Shown here piece after piece: positions 26,601 through 36,272 of a DNA stretch of 64,000 nucleotides. The notes below the pieces were generated by a model. The model saw only the letters and a program-made list of their open reading frames with translations. It had not been told where the DNA came from and did no database searches. The position numbers and the translations under genes are program-made. Positions within the stretch are counted from its first letter, which is position 1, and each line of letters opens with the position of its first letter. The stretch is from Balanoglossus misakiensis (lineage: Eukaryota; Animalia; Hemichordata). The stretch is taken from assembly GCA_040954595.2 (NCBI GenBank), contig CM082586.2, positions 9,021,337-9,085,336 of the forward strand, in the 5' to 3' direction.

Positions 26601-27831
26601 CCATCTAAAAAGCTTACTTAGGTATACATGAACACCTTATCGATGCCCGATTATGACTGCATGTTGCAATTGAACACTTTTGTATTAAAACGGTGCCGCA
26701 CCTATTTCATCAGCCTCCATACAAACAGTACGCAGCTATCGTGGTTTGCGTTGCCAAAAGATGACAAACTGATGCAAATGCGAGTAATATGGTTTAAGTT
26801 GAGGATTTAGAGGATAGGGAATATATTTGAAGTATTTTATTGTTGAAAAAATGTGAAATTTGGCAGCTATACAGGCTTTAATAGACAGGCATTGAAATGA
26901 CTTTACAAACAAATTTTTCTTGAATGTTTAAGACAGACAGAATCAACCCACAGTCAGCCTCAAATATATAAACTATTACAAAATGTTAATTAAATGGAAA
27001 ATTTTGAAAAAATTTGCTTGGCCACTCATTTGATTGCATTTTTTCCATTTCATATTTTAGGCATGGTATATCAATATAATTTGTTGTGTTGTGTATATAT
27101 TATGCTTGAAAACCAATTGACGGAAATATTAATTTAGAATAATGGTTATATTTTGAGAAATCACAAAGATTTCTACATCACTCCCACATCATTGGTTGCT
27201 TAGCAACAGACATTCACCCTCCAAGCAAATTAATATCCTTTGAGAAGTATCATGTGGAGAGGATCATGCAGTCACATAATCTTTGATTTGTACCATCCAC
27301 CATTTCATTGTAGGCTTTATCATAAAGGTGTTGTTTGGATTTCTGGCAGTTTGTAAGGTGATATGAGAAATGCATTCCTTTCTGGCAAAAGACAACAACG
27401 TGTACTGCAAATTAATAGCTGGAATCATGATGATGATGATGATGATAATAATAAATATTATTTTTTTAAAAACAATATTTTGAAAATAACTGTAAAAGAG
27501 ATCGCCCACCGTCTCTCTCATATACAGGAGTGACGTCGTAAAGACACACAGCTCTGCCCAGCATAGCTCTGGACTTATACGCTGTTTGGGTCAACGCTGC
27601 TCTCCCTCCCCAAAGCTATGGAGCCATCCATAGGAAAATCCGTTGGGTGCGGAGCAAAATGATACGCACCGATTTTCAAACAATAAACTACATGAACATG
27701 TACATAATGTTGTCAGAAATAAAGATCGAACGAAAATTTCACAAATGGGAACCTACTTGACGTGTTTGTCGCCGAATCGTAAACGTCGTTAATGCAGCGC
27801 CGTAAAACTGGTGACCCTCCCATACAAACAT
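2657..27831 (-). CDS. tentative host gene on - strand; candidate exons 27831-27757, 27404-27294 and 2795-2657, with the TE cluster lying in a large intron
   Basis: ATG exon MFVWEGHQFYGAALTTFTIRRQTRQ ends at gtaggt and joins in phase 0 to an ag-bounded exon YTLLSFARKECISH...KWWM. The last exon follows a strong pyrimidine tract (VESVPVTNQ...YQFHVKVHTCYPLLALIAMFWAISEGDYTF*) but is phase 2, so intermediate exons are not identified. Linkage is inference only. Confidence 0.25.
3820..3966 (+). pseudogene. isolated Ty3/gypsy RNase H fragment
   Basis: LAVVWACERFHLYVYGQKFTIVTDHKPLVHIYN...PPARIERWAL is the typical gypsy RNase H C-terminal motif (TDHKPL); no LTRs or adjacent pol sequence. Confidence 0.85.
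7886..9250 (-). pseudogene. Sola DDD transposase, disrupted by a frameshift and a stop
   Basis: Three consecutive ORF pieces carry PRTDVCAKC, FDFAQ, ADNCGGQNKN and GHTKCICDACFG, the Sola DDD triad motifs. Confidence 0.88.
9629..10070. repeat. 21-bp minisatellite with a 105-bp higher-order period inside the Sola element
   Basis: Unit about CGTATAATGATGTATGCACAG; translated ORFs repeat every 7 and every 35 aa. Confidence 0.95.
12150..12834. mobile_element. remnant of a non-autonomous DNA transposon (Harbinger-like end)
   Basis: Repeated GTTCTCACT and ACACCGGTGTA motifs and a terminus CAGTGAGAACGCCC at 12821-12834; matching left end not found. Confidence 0.4.
14590..15022. mobile_element. palindromic non-autonomous repeat (Crypton-like architecture)
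   Basis: Long imperfect hairpin 14590-14761 centred on CATATGCGGCCGAGGGAAATAGCATATG, plus a second inverted pair ACCTCATGCTAA / TTAGCATGAGGT. Confidence 0.55.
16177..16320 (-). repeat. 3' LTR
   Basis: Matches 20720-20863 except GGGACT vs GGAACT; PPT AAAAAAGGGGCG lies at 16321-16332 on -. Confidence 0.98.
16496..20698 (-). CDS. gag-pol polyprotein of about 1400 aa (Gag with Zn knuckles, protease, RT, RNase H, integrase)
   Basis: CRKCGKPNHFASKC knuckle, LDSGSQV protease, IVDDML RT, TDHKPL RNase H, HASHQG...CSVC and GTDLF/SDNGP/NGQVE integrase; gypsy domain order. First ATG at 20698. Confidence 0.97.
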   Translation of the reverse strand: MAQSNIQLKPPAHLSLDGNVAQNWKEFRRSWETFATAAELDKKEEAVQVATFLHVAGTAARQVFDTFEFADPRDEHKIDPVIEKFAGYCEPRKNITVNRYLFNSRQQKINESFTDYLTSLRTLLKDCSLPQDLADEFLRDRIVCGIRDEKVRERLLRTDDLTLQNAVNTCKAAELSADQMRSLSFIDNDSPVDVHDVKRAGGKQSRGKSHQKFTRRPPAGNRQSPNRQCPNCPYEHDSRKCPAYGKTCRKCGKPNHFASKCRGTAQRTNNRCASPTTQHPAQQSMSRARSSQHQRSQRAVKAVTHADSSDEDIALFTIDTLTVRTLETETDSRSKDWSQSCRIGDTNVSFKLDSGSQVDIIPVSVLKSLVPKHIHLKRSQITLKSYSNHVIKPIGQVQLKVKVNTQGVNGKITQSKPIPITFQVVTGNVVPILGRETCERLNLLKRVFHVQTCGPVPKQNGNISTASEKSHSKRTKQAQRLLDKNKDLFEGLGCLNNCEYDIQIDPTVPPVQLPPRQIPHKLRDKVKAELDRMVLLDVIEPVTEPTDWVSQITVVMKKNGQVRVCLDPQELNKAIRREHFPNATLEDVVTRMPDANIFSKFDATSGYWQLKLSDASSKLTTFNTPWGRYMFKRMPFGISSASEIWQRAMIDEFGDLEGIEVIVDDMLLQATCDDEHDKNLCQFLDKVRESGLKLNGSKCEIAVDEVEFSGHLLTSEGLKPSPERIRALTEMSKPQNKSELQTFLGIMVYLAKFVPNLSALTAPLRELLAKGIEWSLEARHDAAFDKLIEVATNAPVLKFYDAKKPVTISTDASDKGFDAMISQDSHPVAYASRRLNNAEVNYATIEKEMSAILFACTRFHDYIYGDKTTVETDHKPLVGIFQKPLHKLSPRLQRMRMNLLRYDLHIVYKPGKEMLIPDALSRAPIDAPQQSDAEREVLSIINQMPISDQKLEKLREETTCDPTLLKVIDLATSKWPDNKMYVSDEVKPYHAYRHEITYAHGILFRNNQVIIPASMRPEIMQKLHASHQGIVKTKQRARSILFWPCINNEIEDMISKCSVCMEFRPKRSREPMIPHEIPTTPWSKVGTDLFELGSDDYLVIIDYHSKFPEVIKLPNKTANAVISATKSVFAREGIPDTVISDNGPCYDNREYRKFAHDWEFNHIKISPGYSQSNGQVENAVKSVKRLMKKAYKSGQDPYVSLLEFRNTPLDGTNGLSPSQLLKSRILKSKLPTAENLTKPHIVPPMTNHLKARQLKQKYYYDRTARHNIAQPVPGQPVRFRNPHAKWEYGVVKESLPQPRSVLVESQSGKVYKRNRRHMYPTSENPPPPDLPDIDEYLQESCSKPVPVSNRLSESTFSDTPHTTPPNTTAHTKLKHDQVKIRPDVTTRYGRVSKGKVQLDL
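20702..20719 (-). promoter_or_regulatory. primer binding site (probably tRNA-Leu)
   Basis: TGGTGTCAGAAGTTGAGG immediately inside the 5' LTR; TGGTGTCAGAAGT is complementary to a tRNA-Leu 3' end (from recall). Confidence 0.8.
20720..20863 (-). repeat. 5' LTR
   Basis: 144-bp direct repeat of 16177-16320. Confidence 0.98.
21049..21390. mobile_element. MITE of the AGGGACAAA/TTAA family
   Basis: TTAA|AGGGACAAAGTCTCTCTCTCGCTGCCC at the left and GGGCAGCGAGTGAGAGAC at the right; internally palindromic; right tip eroded. Confidence 0.8.
25085..25135. promoter_or_regulatory. putative promoter cluster upstream of the RAG1-like transposase
   Basis: GTTGCTAGG (RFX-like), ATCAGCTGAT (E-box) and TACCCACAATGCA (ZNF143/Staf consensus-like) within 50 bp of CpG-rich sequence. 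Confidence 0.4.
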
Positions 27832-28089
27832 GGACGTTCGCCTTCATTTAAGTCATGTGATCAACACGTGACACGTGTTTTACTATGCCAAGCAGAGCTA
27901 CATGGTGCCTGCAAACTGCATGTGGCTAAAACGGCACATATTCTAAGTTGTGCGTTTAATGTATCAGTAGAACAATACCTTCATTTTGCAGCTGTGTTGT
28001 TTTCATGTTCGCGGAAAACTTCTTTGCCACCATCGGTTTAAAACTATGAAAGCCAGTTGGGGACATGTACATACGCAATAAATAAAAAA

Positions 28090-28581
28090 TTATCTCGAGA
28101 TCTCGAGATAATTCCATTCGTTTTCCTGACTTTTATTTTTTTATCTCGAGATCTCGAGATAATTCAAGTTCGTTTTCCTGACTTTTTATTTTTATATCTC
28201 GAGATCTCGAGATAATTCCATTCGTTTTCCCGACTTTTATTTTTTTATCTCGAGATCTCGAGATAATTCAAGTTCGTTTTCCTGACTTTTTATTTTTTTA
28301 TCTCGAGATCTCGAGATAATGCTATTCGTTTTCCCGACTTTTTATTTTTTTATCTCGAGATCTCGAGATAATTCAAGTTCGTTTTCCTGACTTTTTATTT
28401 TTTTATCTCGAGATCTCGAGATAATGCTATTCGTTTTCCCGACTTTTTATTTTTTTATCTCGAGATCTCGAGATAATTCAAGTTCGTTTTCCTGACTTTT
28501 TATTTTTTTATCTCGAGATCTCGAGATAATGCTATTCGTTTTCCCGACTTTTTATTTTTTTATCTCGAGATCTCGAAATAA
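28090..28581. repeat. left subterminal array: 10 copies of the 22-bp palindrome TTATCTCGAGATCTCGAGATAA, period about 52 bp
   Basis: Directly counted; linkers are near-identical variants of TTCGTTTTCCYGACTTTTTATTTTT. Confidence 0.97.
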
Positions 28582-29020
28582 TTCTCTCGAAAGAGGGCGG
28601 TGTGTTGGTAGGGGGACTGTCCAGAGAGGACCATGCATCGATATCGGTCCAGAGAGGGACATGCATCGATATCGGTACGGAGAATTGGCAAGCAAGCACT
28701 CAGTGTATTCAATGGTAGGAGTGATCGTCGGTTTCAGAGCTGCATGCTGCATCGTATCATCAGACTGAGTGCATGAGTCTTGGTAATTAGTTGACATTTC
28801 AACTTCGTAATATTTATAATTACTAGTTATACGTACTGGGACAAATTACCGAAGTCTTGGCCAGAGATTACTTTCCAAGTTGGCAAGAAAACTGACTCAG
28901 TGGTAAAGTTACTAAACAATTGGTTTCAATATTATACTTTATTCATTATCATTATACGATAATTCCTTTTATCTAATGCGACAATTAACATTCCTCCTCT
29001 ATCGAACAGATAACGTCACC

Positions 29021-30988
29021 ATGGAAAGAGATGATATAATCCGTATCTATTTCAACATGGGCTTCAACTACAGTGAAATCCTGGCTACTTTAGCTGTCAA
29101 TCATAACGTTGTCATTAGTATGCGTCATCTTAAAAGATTACTGAAGAAACTCGGACTTTTCAGACGGAAGTACCATTCAGACATCAATGAGGTAATAACA
29201 TTTCTGAGAGAAGAGGTTGACAAATCTGGAAGACTCCACGGCTATCGGTGGATGCATTTAAAGTGTGTCCAGAGAGGATTGGTTATCGACAGGGAGAGTG
29301 TGCGGTTGTTACTCCAGATCATTGACCCCATAGGTGTGGAATTAAGAAAGAGACGTCGTCTACGCCGTCGCCAGTATGGGTCTCCTGGGCCGAACTATAT
29401 GTGGCACCTAGATTCGTATGACAAACTTTCCCCTTACGGAATAGCAATCAATGAGTGTATAGACGGGTTTTCCAGGCGTGTAATTTGGGCTCAAGCTTAT
29501 CACACCAACAGTGATCCGAAGATTATAGCAGGGTACTTCATCAAAGAAGTTGAAAGTCTGAAATCTTGCCCCCAAAACATGCGAGCGGATAGAGGCACAG
29601 AAAATGGACATGTTGAACAGTTCCAGAAGTTTCTAACAAATGATGACAACTGCTTTTATTATGGCAGCAGTCAACTCAACCAACGCATAGAACGATGGTG
29701 GGGTACATTTCGCCAACACTGTGGACAGTTTTGGTTGGATCTTTTCTACAAACTAAAGGATGATGGAGTCTTCAGTGGTGATTATCTTGATAAAGATCTG
29801 GTCAGATTTTGCTTCCTGAAAATGATACAGGTAAGAAGAAGAATTTGGGACTTAAAAAATAATTGTCTTTCCTCAATCTGTTACACTATCACTTATACTG
29901 TATATACTTTAAATACTTATACAGAAAATATTGCTAGGATTGATATTATATAGTGAAAACGTACAATACAATAAAATATAAGAAGTCCCATGTATAAACT
30001 GACTAACAATAACCCTACGCTCTTCCAAATGGGAGGAGTATAAAAAAGAACGTTTTTATGTATTGAAAAGAAAGGACTGCTCACATATTTTGGTTTAAAC
30101 CTTCAAATACAAAGTAAAAAAGGCTTAAAATGTGCTGTACATGTGTTGATATGTATCATGATGAACAAAAATCACAACCTGCAATGCATTGTGTGTGTGA
30201 TTTAAGACTGTCCTTGTCTACTTATTCCAATTGTCCATTTTATGCACCTCTATCCTGCATGCATATGTTGGACAACATTTTAGACTTTCCACTCCTTCGA
30301 CAAATACCTTACTATTAATCTCGGATCGAATACTGTTGGTGTGATAAGCCTCATCATAAATTACACGCCAGCTGGTAAACCCGTCTATACACCAATTGAT
30401 AATCTAATATATGTAAATTGTTATAATTATAATATTTGTAATTTTATTCCGTTTGTTTGGTTATATTTCACTACAATAAATTAATTTTAGGTGTACCTTC
30501 CCGTCTGAAGAGTTCATGTAGATGAGGTGTCACCATGTATGTATCTTTTAGATATCCTATAGTACCTAGGGACTATGTTTAACTGATGCATGTATTAAAC
30601 TGCTAACATTGAACTTCCTCATACATTTTGTGCCTGTCATTTTATAATTCAGGATGAACTGGATGATGCTGTAATGGAATGGAATTGTCACAGGATCAGT
30701 CGTTCACGTAACGCAGTCTCTCCCATCGGGCGACCTCACATGATGTTCTTTGTCCCGGAGATGTATGGAAGTCATGATTTCGGATCAACTGTTTCTCAGG
30801 AACAGATTAACACATGCTGAGAGGAATGTGTGTTCAAAGGAGCGTGCCCCTGTGATGAAGATTTATTCGAGTACTGTGTCTCATACATGGTCGACAACAA
30901 TATGCATTTACCTTCTGACCCATATTCTGCTGTGGAATTGTACGTGAATCTCCGAAATTCTATAAAATATGAATCCTTATCTGACTAG
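29021..30988 (+). CDS. integrase-like DDE transposase; exons 29021-29830 and 30653-30988; one premature TGA at 30818
   Basis: N-terminal HTH-like region, then WHLDSYDKL, CIDGFSR, RADRGTEN and NQRIERWW. Phase-0 intron CAG|gtaaga...ttcag|GAT continues into DELDDAVMEWNCHRI...GRPHMMF...AVELY. Confidence 0.9.
30221..30400 (-). repeat. diverged inverted copy of transposase exon 1 (29447-29620) inside the transposase intron
   Basis: Reverse complement aligns co-linearly with the exon, with exact blocks GTGTATAGACGGGTTT, GGCGTGTAATTT, GCTTATCACACCAACAGT, GGATAGAGG and AAAATGGACA. Confidence 0.9.
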
Positions 30989-31515
30989 CAAGACCTTACT
31001 GTAAAAGGAAATTATTATACATCACCCAAACAACAACAACAATGTCACTTCCATGCAAGGAACTGGATGAATTAAAGCAAGATATTTGTCAACACAACAA
31101 AGTTTTATTAACTTTCAGAACATAATGACAATATTGTTCATCTTCAACACTGAAGTAATATGAAACTATGGCACAGACTTTGTGTTAATGTTAGATCTAA
31201 TTCTGTAAAGTATAATACTGTCACCGCAAATAAAAGCTGAAATACAACAACTTTGTGGCTCAACTGTTTGCACCTTAAAACCACATGATGCCCAGGCTTG
31301 GTTGTAGATGTAAATATGTAAACAAACAAACAAACATGTTAATAAAGAAACTAAGTATACAGACGATAAGTGACAAGTAAAGCACTGATCTTCTTTGGTA
31401 GAGTGGAACAGAGACTACTCCTAGTTGTTTGTTTACATTATATCTACACCAATAACCAAGCCTGGTCATCCTGTGCTTTAACCATTATGTCACACACTGT
31501 GTCACATAGTAACTG

Positions 31516-31617
31516 AATAAGTAACTGAATAACTCCCCACAACAGGCTGAATAAGTAACTGAATAACTCCCCACAACAGGCTGAATAAGTAACTGAATAA
31601 CTCCCCACAACAGGCTG
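31516..31617. repeat. 34-bp tandem repeat, 3 copies, between the convergent 3' ends
   Basis: AATAAGTAACTGAATAACTCCCCACAACAGGCTG repeated three times. Confidence 0.95.
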
Positions 31618-32005
31618 CAATAACACATCAAGTATTTAGCTTCTCCATATATTAGATAATATGTGTAAACTTTTAACGTAATCAATGATAAAACAATTTG
31701 TAGGAAATATGACAGTAAATGGCAACTGTATGAACATTTAAAGAAAACACTGAAAATAGTGCAAAGTTACAGGCGCATCCCTTAATGAATCCACATAAAT
31801 TCACCTCTTCCATGCAGCAAAGAGGTGACTTCTGACACGTCAGGTTCATCATTGACATAATCATTACTTTGCATACCAAGTGACTTTACACAAGTATTCC
31901 CTGTATTCTTTCTATCAATGTAAGCCAAACACAACAATATTGTCCCTTTAATTCATGTAATAACTCACCATTGCTGTTCTACCAATGGAAACAATATCAA
32001 TGGTC

Positions 32006-34515
32006 TCAAATAATATCCATGTCCCAAAAACCACTGTTCAAAACTGCATTGAACTCACTTCTGAATTCTACGAAGTTGGCATATGACAATGGCAGTTCAA
32101 GCACATTGCCACATGTGTGAGCAACTGGACGACGTTGTAAACCATCAAGTTTAACAAATGACACTTGAATCGGCTCTGCTGTCATTATGTCACAACCAGT
32201 GCAATATCTCAGGAACTTCTTTAGAGTACTTTGTTCAAGTTCACGGATGTATCGTTTTAAGTGATTAGCAACAGCCCTCTCATCATTATTCAAGCATTCG
32301 GCGATTTGAAGATGTTGTAGGACTTTCTTTGTTGTTGGTTTCTTGTCATTATACAGTCTATCCAAGTTCTCTTTGCCAATTTGTTTGCCTAATGGCTGTA
32401 AGATTGGTCGCCAACTATCAATGACAAACATTGGCTCTTGTACTATCTCTTTATGCGCTATTTCGTGCAGAATGGATCCAATGTTTTCTTTGGTTGGCAG
32501 TCTTTTACAGTCATGTCGGTCTAACACTTCAATTAACTCATCTTCTTCTACTTCTTGGAAGTTCTTCATTGCAGCTTCAAATACTTCACGGTCCGATTCA
32601 GACAGGAAGTGATAATACACTTGAAGTAGACTTGCCTCTTCACACTTCTGGTCTCCAAACATTACTTCTTCCATGAATGGCTTTGCAAACTCAATAGGGA
32701 AGTAATCCATTTCCTTCCAACCCTTCATGATTATTCTTGCTACAGCTTCCCATTTTTCTCTTGGGTAATCATGCCTAATGAATGGCACCCGGCAATTCTT
32801 TCCAACTGTGCAACATTCATAGAACTCGGACCAAAAACTTGTAAAACAGTCTCTCACAACTCCATTACCACTACCACGCTCAATATTACCTCCTGGCATA
32901 ACCATGGCCACATTGATAGGACATGCCATAATCTTTGGATCTGAGAATTCTGAAATCATGTCATTCAAAACATCACTCCTGTGTATTACAAGTGTTCTAG
33001 TCTCCACTGGGTCTTGATCTTCACTGATATGACTAGTAGTGTCTTGGGGCTGGGATTGGCTAACAGGTTCATCATTTTCAAAGAACGGCAATGTAGAATC
33101 AAGGCTTTCTGCTGAGTTACTATTGGAACCCCGTGATCCAAACTGAACAATGTTTGAATCATTATCACTAATCACCAGTGGTTCTGCATCAGAATCGACT
33201 GTCTCTAATGTGACTTCAGAACCTACGTCAGGGATGGGTTCAGACTGGAATCTGCTACAACTGGGCATACCATGATCATGGTGAACTGTATCTAGGATAT
33301 GCTTATTGTGGTTTCCTGCACTTGGTACACCTGCATCATTGCTCTCATCAGACAACATATCAATAGATTCCTGTGGAAGAGCTTGTGACTGTCCCTTGCT
33401 TGCTTGTCTCGTCTTTGCCGGTGGAACTGGCACATGCCTATCAAGTCCTGGATCAGGTAGATCACCATAACTGCTGTCATCTGACAATGACACTGATTCT
33501 AATTGTGACTGCTTACTTGTTTGTCTGCTCTTCTTTTTAGGTTTCACTACCTGTTCACAGTCTTTTCTCTTTGTCATAATGTAGAAGCGGAGCATTCTAA
33601 ATCCAGTTACTTCATACAATTCGCCAACGGTGCTTGTTTCATCAATTGTTCTTTCTCCTGAATCTCTTATGTCAACGTGATAACTGTCCATGTCTCCTCG
33701 CTGTGATACGCCGTTGGGGAAAAACAAATCTTTTCCTGTAGTCAGGAGATCAGCTTTCGTGCTCGACTTACTTACTGATATACACCTTGTTCCACCACCT
33801 TTTCTGGCTCGAACTTGCTTGTATTCTTTTTCAATGAAATCAAAATCAAGCCATCCTATTTCAATTTTCCGCTTTATTTTTGCTGCATGTGTATTACCAA
33901 ATGGTCTTGGTCTAGTTGAGGCTTGTCCACGATTACCTTTACTTGATTCTCCCTTGTCATCTGATACACTATTCTGCTTTCCATTTCGAAGGCTAAATTT
34001 TTGTCTTATTTTTTTCAGTAGTTCTGACTTCCTGCTCTCTCTGTCTGGAACAGTACAAAATAATCTGCGAGAGAAGTCCACAGCAGCAACTCTGTCCCCA
34101 TAAGATGTCAAATACTTAGATAACATCTCATCATCCATTAAGAGGATCACCGATGGATCAATCTGAAAATCAATTTAAAGCACATGGAATCTTAGTGCAT
34201 GCATATGGGCAGAGGGTGCGGGGGGTCTCGCTAAATACATACATACATACATACATACATACATACATACATACATACATACATACATACATACATACAT
34301 ACATACGGGTACATACATACAAACAAACAAACAAACAAAGATGGAAAGACTGTCAATGAATATTTTTCCACCTACTAGCCTTAAAGCTCATTTAGCCATA
34401 TTTACATATATGCAACAAGAACTAATAAAAAATTTACCTTTTCCTGTTCAAGTCTGTCAATTTCCTCTTCAGGCACTCTGCGTCGTCTAAGAAATTCATA
34501 TAGTTTTTCTGCCAT
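32006..34515 (-). CDS. SAM-like domain + HECT E3 ubiquitin ligase, 744 aa; exons 34515-34438 and 34162-32006
   Basis: Exon 1 MAEKLYEFLRRRRVPEEEIDRLEQEK joins in phase 0 (AAG|gtaa...ttcag|ATT) to IDPSVILLMDDEMLSKYLTSYGDRVA, giving a SAM-like fold. C-terminal HECT motifs GVVRDCFTSFW, LKKFLRYCTG and RPVAHTCGNVLELP (catalytic Cys retained). No disablements seen. Confidence 0.88.
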
Positions 34516-34822
34516 TTTGTCTGATCTGTTTGCTTAAGTAATATTTTTCTGTAAGGAAAATCAACAACAGTTAAATCAAAACTGATGTACCTAAAGACAA
34601 GCATGAAATAATGCATCAACTTGATTTTTATGAACAGTTTGGGAAATTTGAGAATATCTACTTTCTCACCTTGAATAAAGTTGATATTTCACCAAAAATT
34701 ACAGTGAAGCAAGAATTTTGTTCAGAATTTTTGATGAGGAAACTTCTCAATTGTCAACATACATACATACATACATACATACATACATACATGCATACAT
34801 ACATACATACATACATACATAC
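34215..34822. repeat. two (ATAC)n microsatellites (34215-34305 and 34757-34822)
   Basis: Directly visible tetranucleotide runs, one in the HECT gene intron and one upstream of its first coding exon. Confidence 0.95.
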
Positions 34823-34944
34823 ATACATACATACATACATACAATTTAAAATAATTTAGGGAGTGATTAAGACTTCAACTTGGACTCTATTGATAATTAT
34901 ATAACTCTTTGTAATAAATGCCATCGGTGCTTAAATCTTCATTA

Positions 34945-35255
34945 TATTATACCAGTATATTGATGGTGTAAATCACGCTATTTGATTGGTCGAGACACGA
35001 CACGTGACCGTGATATATTAGCCATATACCACAGTCATATATCATAGTCAAAGAAAATGCCTTTTTAAAATGTTTAATGCAAAGTTTCAATATACTGGCA
35101 TAATATAATAGCAATAAAACACCCCAGCCATGGTATACCACTCGATTTTGACCAGTTCAACTCCATATACGCACTCGCTATCGCTCGTGCGTATATGTCG
35201 TGAACTGGTCAAAATCTCGTGGTATACCATGGCTGGGGGTGTTTTATTGCTTAAA
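34945..35255. mobile_element. palindromic non-autonomous repeat (Crypton-like architecture) inserted in the IS3EU element
   Basis: Short inverted pair TATACCAGTATATTGA / TCAATATACTGGCATA, then a ~140-bp hairpin centred on CACTCGCTATCGCTCGTG. Confidence 0.6.
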
Positions 35256-35344
35256 TATTAAATCAAGTCAATCAATGTGCACAAACATTACACACACACT
35301 CATTAATACATAGAGACAGACACAGACAGACACATACACACTCA

Positions 35345-35393
<49 letters not shown>

Positions 35394-36198
35394 CCTATTT
35401 TGCTTTAATTTTTTTGTTTGAAACTTTCATATCAACTGAAGAGTTGTTGACGTTTGACCTTGGATGTACTGAGGTCACCATACACACTCACATTTGTCTG
35501 TGTCATAATCACAGACTGAAGCAAAGTAAAATAAATCACAGCAGCTGTACTGATGTTAACATTGCATTGTTTAATATTCAAGATCAAGTTAAAGTGCATT
35601 TATTTATTGGAAGAATCCAGTTATGGCAACTTGATCCTAGGCGATGTAACTATCCGCCCCACACACAAGTTGAATCATGTATGATATATGTTTCAAACAG
35701 CGCGGCATAAGGCCAGAGTTAGCCTCAAGTTGTGATGGCATATATATATATATATATATATATTGATGGCATATGTTACATCATGAATCAAAAATCAAGC
35801 AAGTTAAGTTGAGTACGAGATACTGACAAGAACGTCTCAGTCAACCTATTGCATGCAGCACATTGTCAACGTCGCGTCGATCGTGTTTGGCATGATCATG
35901 ATGACGCTTGACGTGCAAGGCGACTCAATAGATTGCCACATCACAAACCAGTACAAATTGTGCATCGTGTGGTCATGTTACGTGTACGACAAATCTAACG
36001 GTTATGAGAAGGAGGTAAAATCTCAACTTACCAACACTCAGTCAGTCTGATAAGATACGATGCAGCATGTAAGGCAGAATCCGACGAAAAGTCCTGGTAC
36101 TAGGTCAAGCTAGTAAAAGAACGCCATATTCTCTGTACCGATACACCGCCCTCTCTGGACTCTCTCCGTACCAATACACCCGCCCTCTTTAGACAAAT

Positions 36199-36272
36199 TT
36201 ATCTCGAGATCTCGAGATAAAAAAATAAAAAGTCAGGAAAACGAATGGAATTATCTCGAGATCTCGAGATAA
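36199..36272. repeat. right subterminal palindromes (2 copies)
   Basis: TTATCTCGAGATCTCGAGATAA twice, with the linker inverted relative to the left array. Confidence 0.95.

Noticed and set aside
28090-28581. CRISPR-like array of palindromic repeats
   Set aside because: Linkers are near-identical rather than unique spacers, there are no cas genes, the context is eukaryotic, and the same unit forms part of the TIR at the other end.
29831-29953. C-terminal tail of the 325-aa ORF
   Set aside because: Read-through into the intron; conserved sequence resumes at 30653.
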